Shown: positions 20,662 through 31,200, numbered from the stretch's first letter. The stretch: 64,000 bases of DNA from Ignavibacteria bacterium CG2_30_36_16 (GCA_001873185.1 MNYQ01000136.1:401-64400); one strand, 5' to 3'. The notes: generated by a model from the sequence alone, not told the origin. Made by a program: numbers and translations.

Positions 20662-21351
20662 ATGATAGCGGTAATAGGAGACATACACGGTTGTTATTAT
20701 ACTTTTCAAGAAGTTTATAAGAGAATAAAAAGTAAGTATCCCGATATTTCGGTTTATTGCGTAGGGGATTTAATCGACCGCGGTAATTTTAGTTACGAGG
20801 TTGTCGAATTTGTGAAGAAGGAAAATATTCAGTTTACCGCTGGCAATCACGACTTAATGTTTTACTACTTTGTAAAAAAACCCGATTCCGAAATGGCAAG
20901 TTCGTGGTTATATAACGGCTACGAAAAAACTATGTCGTCTTATGAGGTGCACTTCGAGGAAATAAATAAACATGTTAATTTCATTTATCGGGCTCCTCTT
21001 TTTATAAACCTAACTGACTGCTTTATATCCCATGCAGGAATTTCAACTTATTACAAAAAACAAATTGGCATCAATCCGCTTGACGATATAGATAAACTCG
21101 AAGAAATAGTTGCGTCTGATGTTGCAAGCACTCATTCGATCGTCTGGACGCGCGATGAATTGCTGAATCTCGGTAAGCTGCAGGTAGTAGGTCATACCCG
21201 TCAATCAAATATAAAGTACATCGAAAATAATAATGCCGTTTATATTGACACATCTGTTTACACCGGGAATAAACTAAGTGCAGTTATATTGGAGAATAAC
21301 AAGGTTGTTGATAAAATTGGAGTGCCAACAGATAGTAGAGATATTGAATAA
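20662..21351 (+). CDS. Metallophosphoesterase (Ser/Thr phosphatase / ApaH-like)
   Basis: Shows the motifs GDIHGC, GDLIDRG and GNHD. Confidence 0.85.
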   Translation: MIAVIGDIHGCYYTFQEVYKRIKSKYPDISVYCVGDLIDRGNFSYEVVEFVKKENIQFTAGNHDLMFYYFVKKPDSEMASSWLYNGYEKTMSSYEVHFEEINKHVNFIYRAPLFINLTDCFISHAGISTYYKKQIGINPLDDIDKLEEIVASDVASTHSIVWTRDELLNLGKLQVVGHTRQSNIKYIENNNAVYIDTSVYTGNKLSAVILENNKVVDKIGVPTDSRDIE

Positions 21352-21475
21352 CGTTTGACCTGGCATCATTAGTTTAAATCAATCATTCAATAATTCATCT
21401 TGCGCAAAATATTCATTTGAATAGCCCCGACCTATAGATGCTGTTGGAATATAAACCGAAAACAAACAATTAGAG

Positions 21476-21496
21476 TCCCGCGTAAGCGGGATTTTT
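21476..21496 (+). terminator. Intrinsic terminator-like hairpin
   Basis: TCCCGC-gtaa-GCGGGA followed by TTTTT. It lies downstream of the phosphoesterase gene in a convergent intergenic region. Confidence 0.55.
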
Positions 21497-21500
21497 ATTG

Positions 21501-21516
21501 TCCGCTAACTAACGGA
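21501..21516. repeat. PAL-1 palindrome copy (degenerate)
   Basis: tccgctaactaacgga, related to TCCGTTAGCYAACGGA. Confidence 0.5.
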
Positions 21517-21639
21517 TTAACACAAGCCCGAAGGTTGTTGCTATTATTGCCATGCCCCGTCTAACGTGAGTAATGAAGACACTCAATATTATATTGGTTT
21601 TACCTTTTGCTTTTAAAACGGTCGACATGAATATTCATT

Positions 21640-22389
21640 TTACTTCCGATCTAACCAGTCGAGCAAACCATTAATAAAAGTTAGCGGATGAGGCGGGCAG
21701 CCGGGAATGAAAAGATCTATTTTATTTTCTTTAAGAAATTTCCTTTCTGTTTGAGATGAACTTTGAAATATTCCTCCCGAAATTGAACAAGCCCCAAATA
21801 GAATAATTATTTTAGGATTCGGTATTGCTTCGTAGCAAATCTCAGTTGCGCGGGACATGTTCTGTGTCATCGGACCTGTAATTACAATTCCATCGGCATG
21901 GCGCGGCGATGCAACAAAATCAATCCCGTATCTTCCGAGGTCAAAATTCACATTACTCAAAGCATTAAGTTCAAGTTCGCAGCCGCTGCACCCTCCGGTA
22001 GATATTTGTCTTAGCTTCAATGACTTCCCAAAATAACTTATGATTTTTGCCGAAGCTTTTTCAGGAGTAATTGTTTTTGTTTTTTGAGTGACGTTTAATT
22101 TTTCCCTGCTGTCTGATGCGAGATGATAATCGTTCGAGAAGTGAATGATTTTTTCCGGACATACCTCTTCGCACAAAGGACAGAATACACATAAACCCAA
22201 ATCAATGCTTACCGGATTTAATTTGATTGCATTAGTGGGACACGCATTTATACAACTACTGCAGCCCGCCGGGCACTCCTTTTCAGCAATCACCGGCAAT
22301 CCGCGGAAAAGTTGTGGTAGTGATACATTTCTAACATCGTGAATTATCGGATCACCTTGCAGGATTCTGAGTTTTATTGCTTCAATCAT
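21640..22389 (-). CDS. Fusion of a 2x[4Fe-4S] ferredoxin (HycF/NuoI-like) and a NuoB/HycG-like small subunit
   Basis: The N-terminal part has CPAGCSSCINACP and CVFCPLCEEVCP. The C-terminal part has GGCSGCELE, GACSISGG and PGCPP, the proximal-cluster cysteines. Confidence 0.88.
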   Translation of the reverse strand: MIEAIKLRILQGDPIIHDVRNVSLPQLFRGLPVIAEKECPAGCSSCINACPTNAIKLNPVSIDLGLCVFCPLCEEVCPEKIIHFSNDYHLASDSREKLNVTQKTKTITPEKASAKIISYFGKSLKLRQISTGGCSGCELELNALSNVNFDLGRYGIDFVASPRHADGIVITGPMTQNMSRATEICYEAIPNPKIIILFGACSISGGIFQSSSQTERKFLKENKIDLFIPGCPPHPLTFINGLLDWLDRK

Positions 22390-22415
22390 AATACTTTATT
22401 ATTTAAATCAATCTT

Positions 22416-23915
22416 TTATAAATCGTGACCGGCATAGGACAAATCAAAACTTTTATTACATAATGGGAAATCAGAAATTGCAATTTCGCGGAGAGCAAGA
22501 CTGAGTCCGTACCAATTATTGAAAGAAGGATCTTTAATTTTGTACTGAACAATTTTTCCATTTGCGTCAGTAAAAGAAGCGTGAATAACTTCCCCCCGCC
22601 AACCTTCAACAATTGAAATCACTCCGGAATTTGGTTCAGTGATTACAGATTCTACTTTTCCGGAAAGAGTGTGTTCACACAATTTTCCTTCGGGAAGATT
22701 TTTAATTTGCTCAAAAATAAAATGGAGCGATTCATCTATTTCTAAAGCGCGAAGACGAGCGCGAGCAAAAACATCACCTGTTGGCAGCGTTATTAACGAA
22801 ACCGGAAAATAACGATACGCTCCGTAAGGAGTGTTTATTCTTGCATCTATTTCAATTCCGCAAGCACGTGCCGCTATTCCAACCATTCCTACCTGCTTTG
22901 CCACATCCTTTTTGACCTTTCCGGTTCCGTCAAATCGTGTTAATGCGCCGGTTGAGGAGAATAAGAAATTATTTATTTCTGTTACGTCTTTTTTTACTAC
23001 CTCTAGATTTGCTATAATTTTTTTAATCGTTTCCTCATTAAAATCGTATCTAACTCCCCCATAAACAAACAAACCACGTCCGGATCTTGAACCGCACAAA
23101 GCTGCCAGGCTATTTATCATTAATGTTCGCAGCCTGCCATAAGACGCTGAGACAATTGCAAGTCCAATGTCATTAGCAACGCCGCCAAGCCCCGAAAGGT
23201 GCATGGCAACACGTTCAATCTCTTCGGCAATTGAACGAATAACCTGAGCGCGCAAGCTAGTAGAGATGTTTGCAAGACTTTCTATTGCGCTACAATGAGC
23301 GTAAGTGTGTCCAATTACTGTATCACCGGCAATTGATTCGGATAAAATAATTCTTTGAGCCGGTTTTGCGTTCAACATTTCTTTTTCAACACCGCGATGC
23401 TGATAGCCTAAATTTATTTCAAGATGATAAACTAACTCGCCATGACATTGAAAACGAAAATGCCCGGGTTCTATAATTCCAGCATGAATCGGTCCAACGG
23501 CAACTTCGTGAACTTCATCTCCTTCGAGTTTATAAAAATTATACTTCTCATCTCCATTAATTACGTTTTGTTTTCTTACAGGGCGCAGCCATGGATGATC
23601 CAGTATTGCAAATCCATTATTCTCTGCAAGCTCACATTCGAAATAATTTGTATGGGGATAGTCATTAGCAAAACTTTCAAACTCTAACTGCTCTTTTGGA
23701 AATTCACCGCCGACAATATGGATGAAGGATGTGTGCAAATCAGCAAGCAGAGCAATTATTCTGTGCGGGATTTTTGCATCAATCGGAAAAAGACCAATCA
23801 TCCGGAAGTCTTTTGATAGGGCTTCAAAAACATTTTCGTGAAATGTATTCTTGTTATGAAATGATATTTCATCTATATGGAACAATTGATTATTTTGAAC
23901 TTTTAACGACATCAT
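22416..23915 (-). CDS. Group-4 [NiFe]-hydrogenase large-subunit homologue (HycE/HyfG/NuoCD-like) lacking most NiFe ligands
   Basis: Family core is VGPIHAGIIEPGHFRF...LGYQHRGVEK. The expected CxxC position reads SESIAGDTVIGH, and the C-terminal motif reads DFPLCNKSFDLS, so only one Cys remains. Confidence 0.85.
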   Translation of the reverse strand: MMSLKVQNNQLFHIDEISFHNKNTFHENVFEALSKDFRMIGLFPIDAKIPHRIIALLADLHTSFIHIVGGEFPKEQLEFESFANDYPHTNYFECELAENNGFAILDHPWLRPVRKQNVINGDEKYNFYKLEGDEVHEVAVGPIHAGIIEPGHFRFQCHGELVYHLEINLGYQHRGVEKEMLNAKPAQRIILSESIAGDTVIGHTYAHCSAIESLANISTSLRAQVIRSIAEEIERVAMHLSGLGGVANDIGLAIVSASYGRLRTLMINSLAALCGSRSGRGLFVYGGVRYDFNEETIKKIIANLEVVKKDVTEINNFLFSSTGALTRFDGTGKVKKDVAKQVGMVGIAARACGIEIDARINTPYGAYRYFPVSLITLPTGDVFARARLRALEIDESLHFIFEQIKNLPEGKLCEHTLSGKVESVITEPNSGVISIVEGWRGEVIHASFTDANGKIVQYKIKDPSFNNWYGLSLALREIAISDFPLCNKSFDLSYAGHDL

Positions 23916-25366
23916 AACTTAATACCAAAATCTTTTGAAATATTTAAAATATTATCACGCAATATTTCAGGCGAAATAACCGCAATGGCAATTAAAAGGA
24001 TCAGTATTACAATTGTTGCAAAATGAATGATCTCAAATTTTTCTTTTTCTAAAAGAATTTCTTCATTCTCGTTTTTAGAATACAACATTTGAAAAATAGT
24101 TTTACCCATATTTATAAAAATGAAAAGAAGAAGAAACATAGTTATAAACAATATCCAGGGTTTGTCTGAAAAAAGCATCCCTTGAAAAATCATTAATTCG
24201 CTAAAAAATATTCCGAACGGTGGAATTGCCGAGATAGCAAAAAACGAAAGTAAAAACATCCAGCCTGTTAAAGGTAAAATGTTTAATACAGAAGTTACCC
24301 CGGAGACCTCTCTGGTTTTAAATTTGCGATGAATATTTCCGGCAGTAAAAAATAAAACCATTTTATTGAGCGAATTATAAATTACATGATACATAGCCCC
24401 GATAAATGCTATGCCCCCAATTCCGATTCCCAGGGCGATGATCCCAAGATGTTCAACGCTGGAATAAGCAAGAAGACGCTTGTAGTTATTAACTTTGAAC
24501 ATATAAATGAAGGCAACAAAAAGCGAAATCAAACCCCCAATTACTAAAATTGTTTTAGCAAATTCATGCGTTGATGTCGGGCTTACTATTTGAAATATCC
24601 TCAACACACCGAGTAATGCTGTTATTCGCAATGAGCCGGACATTAGCGCTGCTATTGGACTTGGCGCATTGCTTGTTGCATCAACATCGCCGGAGTGCAT
24701 AGGCGCTATTCCAATTTTTGTGCTTAGTCCAACAAAGATGAAAATAAAACTTGCTTTAAGCCAAACAGGATTTAGTACAGCCGCTTTTTTAACGAATTCC
24801 GAAAAGAATAATTGATGCCCTTCAAGGATTGTTCCTTTAGAGGCAAGTATTAAAAATAAAATTCCGATGAATGCGAATGCAATTCCTACGGAAACAAGAA
24901 AAAGATATTTCCACATCGCTTCGAGTGCTTCTTCATTGCGGTAAAAGTATATTAAAGGAGCGACGCTTAAAGTGGTTGCCTCTGCTGCCACCCAATACAT
25001 GCCAAAATGATTGCTAAGTATAGCTGCTGTGTTAGCAAACAAATAAAAATTTAGAAGCAGAAAATAATATCTTTTCCCTTCTTCCGATTTTGCAAGTGCG
25101 GGTCTCCTCAAATATGAGAATGAGACTAATACAACCCAGAAATAAACATTAGAGATGACGAGCAGGAACAGTTTGCTGAGAGAATCTGTGCTGAAGAAAA
25201 AAGGTAAATTTGGTTCGTACCATCCAATAAAAATCATCAGAGAAAAAATGAGATGAAAACTGCTGACAAACATTGAAATGATATATTGCGTACGAATACT
25301 TTTAAGTAAATAGCATACTCCGGTGCAGAAAAGCGGAAATAAAATTAAAACTGAAAATTCTAACAT
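23912..25366 (-). CDS. Antiporter-like membrane subunit (HyfF / NuoN-M-like)
   Basis: 484 aa polytopic protein with proton-conducting transporter family features. Its start and stop overlap the neighbouring genes. Confidence 0.82.
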   Translation of the reverse strand: MLEFSVLILFPLFCTGVCYLLKSIRTQYIISMFVSSFHLIFSLMIFIGWYEPNLPFFFSTDSLSKLFLLVISNVYFWVVLVSFSYLRRPALAKSEEGKRYYFLLLNFYLFANTAAILSNHFGMYWVAAEATTLSVAPLIYFYRNEEALEAMWKYLFLVSVGIAFAFIGILFLILASKGTILEGHQLFFSEFVKKAAVLNPVWLKASFIFIFVGLSTKIGIAPMHSGDVDATSNAPSPIAALMSGSLRITALLGVLRIFQIVSPTSTHEFAKTILVIGGLISLFVAFIYMFKVNNYKRLLAYSSVEHLGIIALGIGIGGIAFIGAMYHVIYNSLNKMVLFFTAGNIHRKFKTREVSGVTSVLNILPLTGWMFLLSFFAISAIPPFGIFFSELMIFQGMLFSDKPWILFITMFLLLFIFINMGKTIFQMLYSKNENEEILLEKEKFEIIHFATIVILILLIAIAVISPEILRDNILNISKDFGIKL

Positions 25367-25998
25367 TAGTCTTTAAGCCTCCCCAGAGCGGTTACATCAA
25401 AACCGGACAGTGTTGAACTGATTTTGTTTATAGCTATTCCCATCAAGAAAACAACAACAAATACGTCGAGCAGTACGCCGATTTCAATCATCATCGGCAG
25501 TTCAGAAGCTACCGCTGTTCCAAATAAAAAGATGCCATTTTCCAGAACTAAAAATCCTGCAACGTGTACAATTAATTTCTTTCTGTAAATAATTACAAAT
25601 ATTCCCACTGCTATAGCGGTAAAACCACTGGCAAAAGGAATCGTTTCAATGTCTGTACTTTTCGAGAGTACGTTAGAGATAATAAAAATAATAGTCATAG
25701 AAAAAATTATTATAAGTAAAAATGTTATCTGCTGTATTGTCGGTTCGATCGTGCGCTTTATATCTAAATCTAAAATTATTTTTTTGATGTATTTAGGAAT
25801 TAAAATTACTTTTACAAAAAACAATGTGGCGGGTAAAATTAAAGCATAAATAGAGAAGTGTCCTATAAAGGGGAACACCAGCAGCACAGTGAGCAGCACG
25901 CCCTGAAATTGCAGAACCGTAACATAAGCTTTTACCCTCGACGTTACCGAGAGATAGAACAGAGATAAACAAAAAAGGATACTTAAAACATTTTGCAT
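25366..25998 (-). CDS. Small membrane subunit (HyfE-like)
   Basis: Polytopic protein in the HyfE position of the operon. The start is probably M at 25998 (MQNVLSILF), because the track's 26097 start extends into a repeat-rich spacer. Confidence 0.65.
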   Translation of the reverse strand: MQNVLSILFCLSLFYLSVTSRVKAYVTVLQFQGVLLTVLLVFPFIGHFSIYALILPATLFFVKVILIPKYIKKIILDLDIKRTIEPTIQQITFLLIIIFSMTIIFIISNVLSKSTDIETIPFASGFTAIAVGIFVIIYRKKLIVHVAGFLVLENGIFLFGTAVASELPMMIEIGVLLDVFVVVFLMGIAINKISSTLSGFDVTALGRLKD

Positions 25999-26265
25999 AA
26001 TATTTTTTATTAATTTATAACCTAACGATGCCAAAACCGAAAAATTACCAATCATCAATTGAATGATTGAATGGCTGCATGACTGAATGAAAACCATTCA
26101 TCCATTCACTTACATTCATCCATGCTTACATATATATTTAGCAGTTAATATTCTTGCTATTTTGCGCAGAATATTTTTGCTAACTAATTAAATCGCCCCG
26201 GACTAATCTTAAACTTATAGCTCTATTGTTAGAACGTTTAAGCAGTTCGGAGTGACGCCGATTTT

Positions 26266-27192
26266 TCATACAGTGAATGTATAAATAAGCAAATTTAGAA
26301 TTCCGATTGCTGTAGCAAACAACAGATAATGTGGAATACTTTTCATCTTAAAACGGGATGTAATAGTTTCAACAATTGCCAGCGAAATTGATAATGCAGT
26401 AATAACAACCACAAATATTACAATTGCCACCGTATAACTCCGAATTCCAAACGGATAAAAGAATGACGTCTCAAGTATAGCATAAATAAATAATTTGATA
26501 TGACTCGAATACTGGTAGAGAAACAAATCAACTCCGGAGTTATCGAGTATCATTACTTCGTGAATCATTGTTAGTTCTAAATGAGTCTTCGGGTCGTCAA
26601 CCGGCATACGGGAGCACTCTGTAACCGCAAGTATAAAAACCGAGATTGAACAGACAATTATAAAAACAATGTATGTAACGTTATCTAATCTGATTGAATG
26701 ATAAATTTCATAAATTGAAGTCAGTCCGCTTATGAAGGCAATGCTTCCTAAAGTAAAAAAGAAGATCGGTTCGGCGAACACAGCAAATGCAGCTTCGCGA
26801 GAGGCTCCCATTCCTTCGAACGAGCTGCCTATATCCATTGCGGCAAGTATCTGAAAGAATCTTGCTAAACCTAAAATATATGCGAATAAAATTATATCGC
26901 CTTCAAAACTTATTAAGGGACGCTCGAAACCAATCGGCAGCATAGCCGCTGCAATAACAACGGCAACTAAATTTATTGTTGGAGAGATAACGCTGATAAA
27001 TGACGAACTGTTTGCATTGATAGTCTCTTTTCGAAAAAGTCTTTTCAAATCGGAGTAGGGCTGCAAAACCGGCGCTCCTAATCTTCCTGTAAATATTGCC
27101 TTCAGTTTATTAACCAAACCTGCAAATAGCGGGGCAAAGCCGAGAACAACTAACAGTGAAATAATTCCTCTAACGAATGTAGTTAGTTCCAT
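26266..27192 (-). CDS. HyfC/HycD/NuoH-like membrane subunit
   Basis: 308 aa polytopic protein in a NuoH-like position after the first antiporter-like subunit. It overlaps the upstream gene by 10 nt. Confidence 0.8.
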   Translation of the reverse strand: MELTTFVRGIISLLVVLGFAPLFAGLVNKLKAIFTGRLGAPVLQPYSDLKRLFRKETINANSSSFISVISPTINLVAVVIAAAMLPIGFERPLISFEGDIILFAYILGLARFFQILAAMDIGSSFEGMGASREAAFAVFAEPIFFFTLGSIAFISGLTSIYEIYHSIRLDNVTYIVFIIVCSISVFILAVTECSRMPVDDPKTHLELTMIHEVMILDNSGVDLFLYQYSSHIKLFIYAILETSFFYPFGIRSYTVAIVIFVVVITALSISLAIVETITSRFKMKSIPHYLLFATAIGILNLLIYTFTV

Positions 27193-29153
27193 AAAAACGC
27201 TATCACACTATAAATAGTAATTGTTATTAATATGAATGCTATATAATATCGAATATCGGTATAACTTAAAAATTTTATCCTGCAAATTAGTTTGCTCATG
27301 CTTCTAAATGCAGGCAAAAGAATTTTACTGTCAATCAAATCTACAGAATGACTTTCAAAACTTCCTTTAGCTGGGAAGATACCTTTCGGCGATTGGACTT
27401 TTTTATGATAAACCAAAATTGATTTTGGTATTTCATTTAATTCGTCGGCGTAAGAAGATGCGGTATATTGCATCCTGTAATTCAATCCTTCATAACCGCA
27501 TCCCCACGGTGCTGAAATTCTTTTCCCATATTTTTTTTGTATAAGCCGTTTCAAAAAGAAGATTAATATTATTGCTGCCAATAAAGCAATAAAAATTATA
27601 CTGATAAAAAGCCAATTTATATTTAACAATTCCGAAGAATGATTTGCCGTGACAAATCCATTATTTAAAACTTTATTTACAATTCCAATAAACGGCTGCG
27701 GATAAACGCCTATCAATACACAAAAGAAGGCGAGAATGCTTAGCGATAGATATTCATAATTCGAAATGTGAAATTTTTTAATTTCTTTTCGTTCAGTACC
27801 AAGGAACATGATCGAGTTAATTTTTGTGAAGCAAGCAACAGCCAATCCTCCAACGAATGCAAGACCAACCGCTGATATAATCATTAAGAGTGGATAGTAG
27901 TTTTTTAATTCCTTTGCAGTAGTGAAGAATCCATTAAAAATAATGAACTCCGAAATAAATCCGTTGAAAGGAGGAAGACCGCTAATGGCAATTGAGCCGA
28001 TAAGAAATAAAATAAAAAAATATCTGCTTCGATGAACGAGTCCACCCATACTCTCAATATTTCGAGTACCCAGATTTTGATAAATAACCCCGCTGCCGAT
28101 GAACAACAAAGTTTTGAAGATTGCATGATTAAGCGTATGTAATAGCGCTCCGCCAAAACCTAATATTTGAATTGGCAGCGAATTATACGCAGAACCGATA
28201 AATCCAACCCCGATTCCTATTCCGATAATACCGATGTTTTCAACCGAATGGTATGCAAGCAAACGCTTAATATCATGCTGAGCCAGTGCATACCACACGC
28301 CAAATATTGCACTAATAAGACTTATACCCAACACTAACCAGCCGAGCCATTCGGGCGCATAATTAAAAAATTGATATGTTCTAAAAATTCCGTAGATGCC
28401 CATTTTAATTATAATGCCGGAAAGAAATGCGCTGAATATGGTTGGCGCAATAGGGTGCGCGCGCGGAAGCCAAAAATGAAACGGCATAAATCCGGATTTT
28501 ATTCCAAAAGCAGTTAACCCTAATGTGTAAAGAAGAATGAAAAGACTGCCTGTGTTTTGCAAATTATGAAAATCGCTCATCAGCCAGCTATTTGTTTGCT
28601 GATGAAGGAGGAAGAAAAATATATAAAGTAGAAAAACCGCAACGTGTGAGACGGCTAAATAATAAAAACTTCCCGTTTGAACATCCCTTTTTTCTTTTTC
28701 GAAAAGAATTCCGAGATAAGCCGTAGTGCTCATTACTTCCCAGCAGATTAAAAACAATATCGCATGGTTGGCAATTACAACTACTTGAGTAGAAACTATC
28801 ATCAAAACGAAAAAGATAAAATTACTTGTAACAGATTTTCCTTCATCAATATAATGCCTAAGATATGAATGGCTATAAATTGTGGTTGGTATTGCTACTA
28901 ATTGGATAATGTTTAAGAAAAATAATCCCAAAGAATCAAATCTGAAAATATTAGCCGGATTTAGTAGAGAGCTAAAATTTAAGGAGGATGAGTTTGAAAA
29001 AACCAATGCAGGAAATGACGAACTTAGTCCTAAAACTAATCCTGCGGTAAGCAATAGATGCGCTGCGGCTGAGGCTTTATGGTTATTCCGTACAGAGGCA
29101 ATAACTATGATTGATGCTATTTGCACTACTAGCGCGTAGAAAAGTAAATCCAT
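27183..29153 (-). CDS. Antiporter-like membrane subunit (HyfB / NuoL-like)
   Basis: 656 aa with NuoL/Mrp-type features (WLPRAHPIAPT, LLAYHSVENIG). Confidence 0.85.
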   Translation of the reverse strand: MDLLFYALVVQIASIIVIASVRNNHKASAAAHLLLTAGLVLGLSSSFPALVFSNSSSLNFSSLLNPANIFRFDSLGLFFLNIIQLVAIPTTIYSHSYLRHYIDEGKSVTSNFIFFVLMIVSTQVVVIANHAILFLICWEVMSTTAYLGILFEKEKRDVQTGSFYYLAVSHVAVFLLYIFFFLLHQQTNSWLMSDFHNLQNTGSLFILLYTLGLTAFGIKSGFMPFHFWLPRAHPIAPTIFSAFLSGIIIKMGIYGIFRTYQFFNYAPEWLGWLVLGISLISAIFGVWYALAQHDIKRLLAYHSVENIGIIGIGIGVGFIGSAYNSLPIQILGFGGALLHTLNHAIFKTLLFIGSGVIYQNLGTRNIESMGGLVHRSRYFFILFLIGSIAISGLPPFNGFISEFIIFNGFFTTAKELKNYYPLLMIISAVGLAFVGGLAVACFTKINSIMFLGTERKEIKKFHISNYEYLSLSILAFFCVLIGVYPQPFIGIVNKVLNNGFVTANHSSELLNINWLFISIIFIALLAAIILIFFLKRLIQKKYGKRISAPWGCGYEGLNYRMQYTASSYADELNEIPKSILVYHKKVQSPKGIFPAKGSFESHSVDLIDSKILLPAFRSMSKLICRIKFLSYTDIRYYIAFILITITIYSVIAFLWN

Positions 29154-29262
29154 TTGTTATTCGGCTATGATCATATCTATGTTTATAAAATATTTTTCCT
29201 GATAAACGTTCTGCTGTAAGATACGTCTCTTAATAAATCTTGGCAAGGTTAAGAATAAAAAA

Positions 29263-29931
29263 TTATTCGCCTCTGGAAATTTCGATGTGAGTAATTATAT
29301 CAATAATTTCGGAGTAATTAAGCCTGCTCTCTAATGCAAAGCGGAATGTTTCTTTTGAAAGTAAAAAACTCAAATGAGCAAGCAAACTTAAATGCTGTTT
29401 TATTGTCTGCGATATTAAAAGTATAAATGTGTGCACCGGTTTCCCGTCAAGCGATTTTAATTCAAGTGGTTTTTCGGTAAAGAAAAAATTTATAATTGGC
29501 TTATAACGCCCTACCATAAGCGGGATACGCGGGTGGGGTAAACTTATTCCATTTCCTATTGCAGTGCTCATTAATTCTTCGCGGTTCTTAAGCAGTTGAA
29601 CAATTATTCCTTTGTCAACATTTTTTTCAAGCTCAATTAAATTTACCATTTGTTCGATGTAGGAATTTTCGGAGAGCCGGCAATCATAAAAAAAAGAATT
29701 CTGATCGAGAATTGTATTTAAAGTATCAACATGGTACTCGCTCATTTTTTTATCGCCGGATATATTAATAGGAAGGTTGCGGCTAAGCGCCCACTCAACC
29801 ATTCTTTGTTTATTAAATAATAGTTTATCGTTTATTGTTTGAAAAGGGACTTCTTTTTTCTTTATCAGATTCAGGATATCCTTTTCTTTCATCAACAATA
29901 AATTAGAAATATCTTTAATTGTTAAATCCAA
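29263..29931 (-). CDS. PTS EIIA type-2 (PtsN-like) domain protein with an N-terminal helix-turn-helix
   Basis: The C-terminal EIIA-2 region has an active-site-like GISLPHPR. The N-terminal 50 aa are excisionase/MerR-type HTH-like. Confidence 0.75.
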   Translation of the reverse strand: MDLTIKDISNLLLMKEKDILNLIKKKEVPFQTINDKLLFNKQRMVEWALSRNLPINISGDKKMSEYHVDTLNTILDQNSFFYDCRLSENSYIEQMVNLIELEKNVDKGIIVQLLKNREELMSTAIGNGISLPHPRIPLMVGRYKPIINFFFTEKPLELKSLDGKPVHTFILLISQTIKQHLSLLAHLSFLLSKETFRFALESRLNYSEIIDIITHIEISRGE

Positions 29932-30108
29932 AACTTAATCCTTAAAATATTAATTTTAATTTCTCAACCTTATCAGCAATTATTTTTTAATAATCACATC
30001 GGGATTCTTAGCTCGCTTTCGGTTTCAACACGGCTTACCAATATTAAACGCCTTTTCAAAATTGCAAAAGCGAAAAATATCAATTCCTAACCCACCTTAA
30101 GTAATATG

Positions 30109-30126
30109 ATCCGTTGGCTAATGGAT
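30109..30126. repeat. PAL-1 palindrome copy
   Basis: atccgttggctaatggat. Confidence 0.6.
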
Positions 30127-30165
30127 TCAAATTTTTTCGGGGCTGTCCTAAAAGTTTAAAAAGTC

Positions 30166-30201
30166 ATTGTCCGTTAGTCAACGGATTAGTTAACGGACAA
30201 T
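30166..30201. repeat. Extended hairpin containing a PAL-1-like core
   Basis: ATTGTCCGTTA...TAACGGACAAT forms 11-bp arms around gtcaacggattagt. It lies downstream of the DUF58-like gene. Confidence 0.6.
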
Positions 30202-30291
30202 CTTTTGTTTCTGATTCAAAATTGAGATCACTTCGTCCTGCAGCCGCCAATCTGCGTACGGTGACTTACTAATTATTCATGTTTGAATTTG

Positions 30292-31200
30292 TCAATGAAG
30301 TTTCTGCCGTTTTTTAATATAGCTAAAGAAAGCTTTATCGAAAGGCGCCGAAGTATCGATCAAATTGTACTCAATGTTCGAGTTTAAACATTCCGATTTA
30401 ATGCGGCGGATAAATTCATCCATCGCTTCTCTGTAGGCTTTTTGAATCTGATATGGCTGTGTCGTCATCTCCTCTTCAGTTTCAAGATCTTTAAAAACGG
30501 CATCTTTACCAAAAGCGAAAGAACGTTCGAGCGGGTCGAGAATTTGAAATACAATTACTTCATTCTTCTGATACCGAAAATGTTTTAACGCTGTAAGAAT
30601 AGAATTAACATCATCGAACAAATCGGAAATAATGATAACTAATCCTCTTCTTTTAATTTTTTCTGCAATTTGATGAAGACATGAAGCGGTGTTTGTTTTG
30701 TTCGAAGGTGTTACGGATGTTAAGGCTTTTAAAATCTCGTGCATATAAGTCTTGGACGTTCTGGGTGGAAGATGCTGTTCAATTTTTTCTGAATAAATTG
30801 AAAGACCAACGGCGTCCTGCTGCTTTACCATCAAATAACTTAGCGCCGCTGTTAATGTAGCACCGTACTCAAGTTTGCTTATGTTCCCTTTTGATGCGTA
30901 ACCCATCGATTTACTTTTGTCTAGAAGTATATAACTTTTTAGATTTGTTTCTTCTTCATACTGCTTGATATAATACTTCTCGGTTTTGCCGTACACTTTC
31001 CAATCAACATCCTTTAAATTGTCCCCCTGCATATAAGGACGATGCTCCGTAAACTCAACGCTAAAACCGTGATATGGACTTTTGTGCAGCCCGACCATAA
31101 ATCCTTCAACTACTAACCTCGCTCTTAGTTCATAAGAGTTAAGTTTGGAGATGACAGCCGGATCAAGATATTTACGGTAGTGCTGTTGAGCTTCTGCCAT
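30292..31200 (-). CDS. DUF58 (vWA-like) family protein
   Basis: 302 aa. The segment HRPYMQGDNLKDVDWKVYG is typical of DUF58. Confidence 0.8.
   Translation of the reverse strand: MAEAQQHYRKYLDPAVISKLNSYELRARLVVEGFMVGLHKSPYHGFSVEFTEHRPYMQGDNLKDVDWKVYGKTEKYYIKQYEEETNLKSYILLDKSKSMGYASKGNISKLEYGATLTAALSYLMVKQQDAVGLSIYSEKIEQHLPPRTSKTYMHEILKALTSVTPSNKTNTASCLHQIAEKIKRRGLVIIISDLFDDVNSILTALKHFRYQKNEVIVFQILDPLERSFAFGKDAVFKDLETEEEMTTQPYQIQKAYREAMDEFIRRIKSECLNSNIEYNLIDTSAPFDKAFFSYIKKRQKLH

Noticed and set aside
25999-26097. N-terminal extension of the HyfE-like ORF
   Set aside because: The extension falls in a repeat-rich spacer (CATTCA-type words) and is non-hydrophobic, unlike the rest of the protein. 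The internal Met at 25998 is preferred, with moderate confidence.
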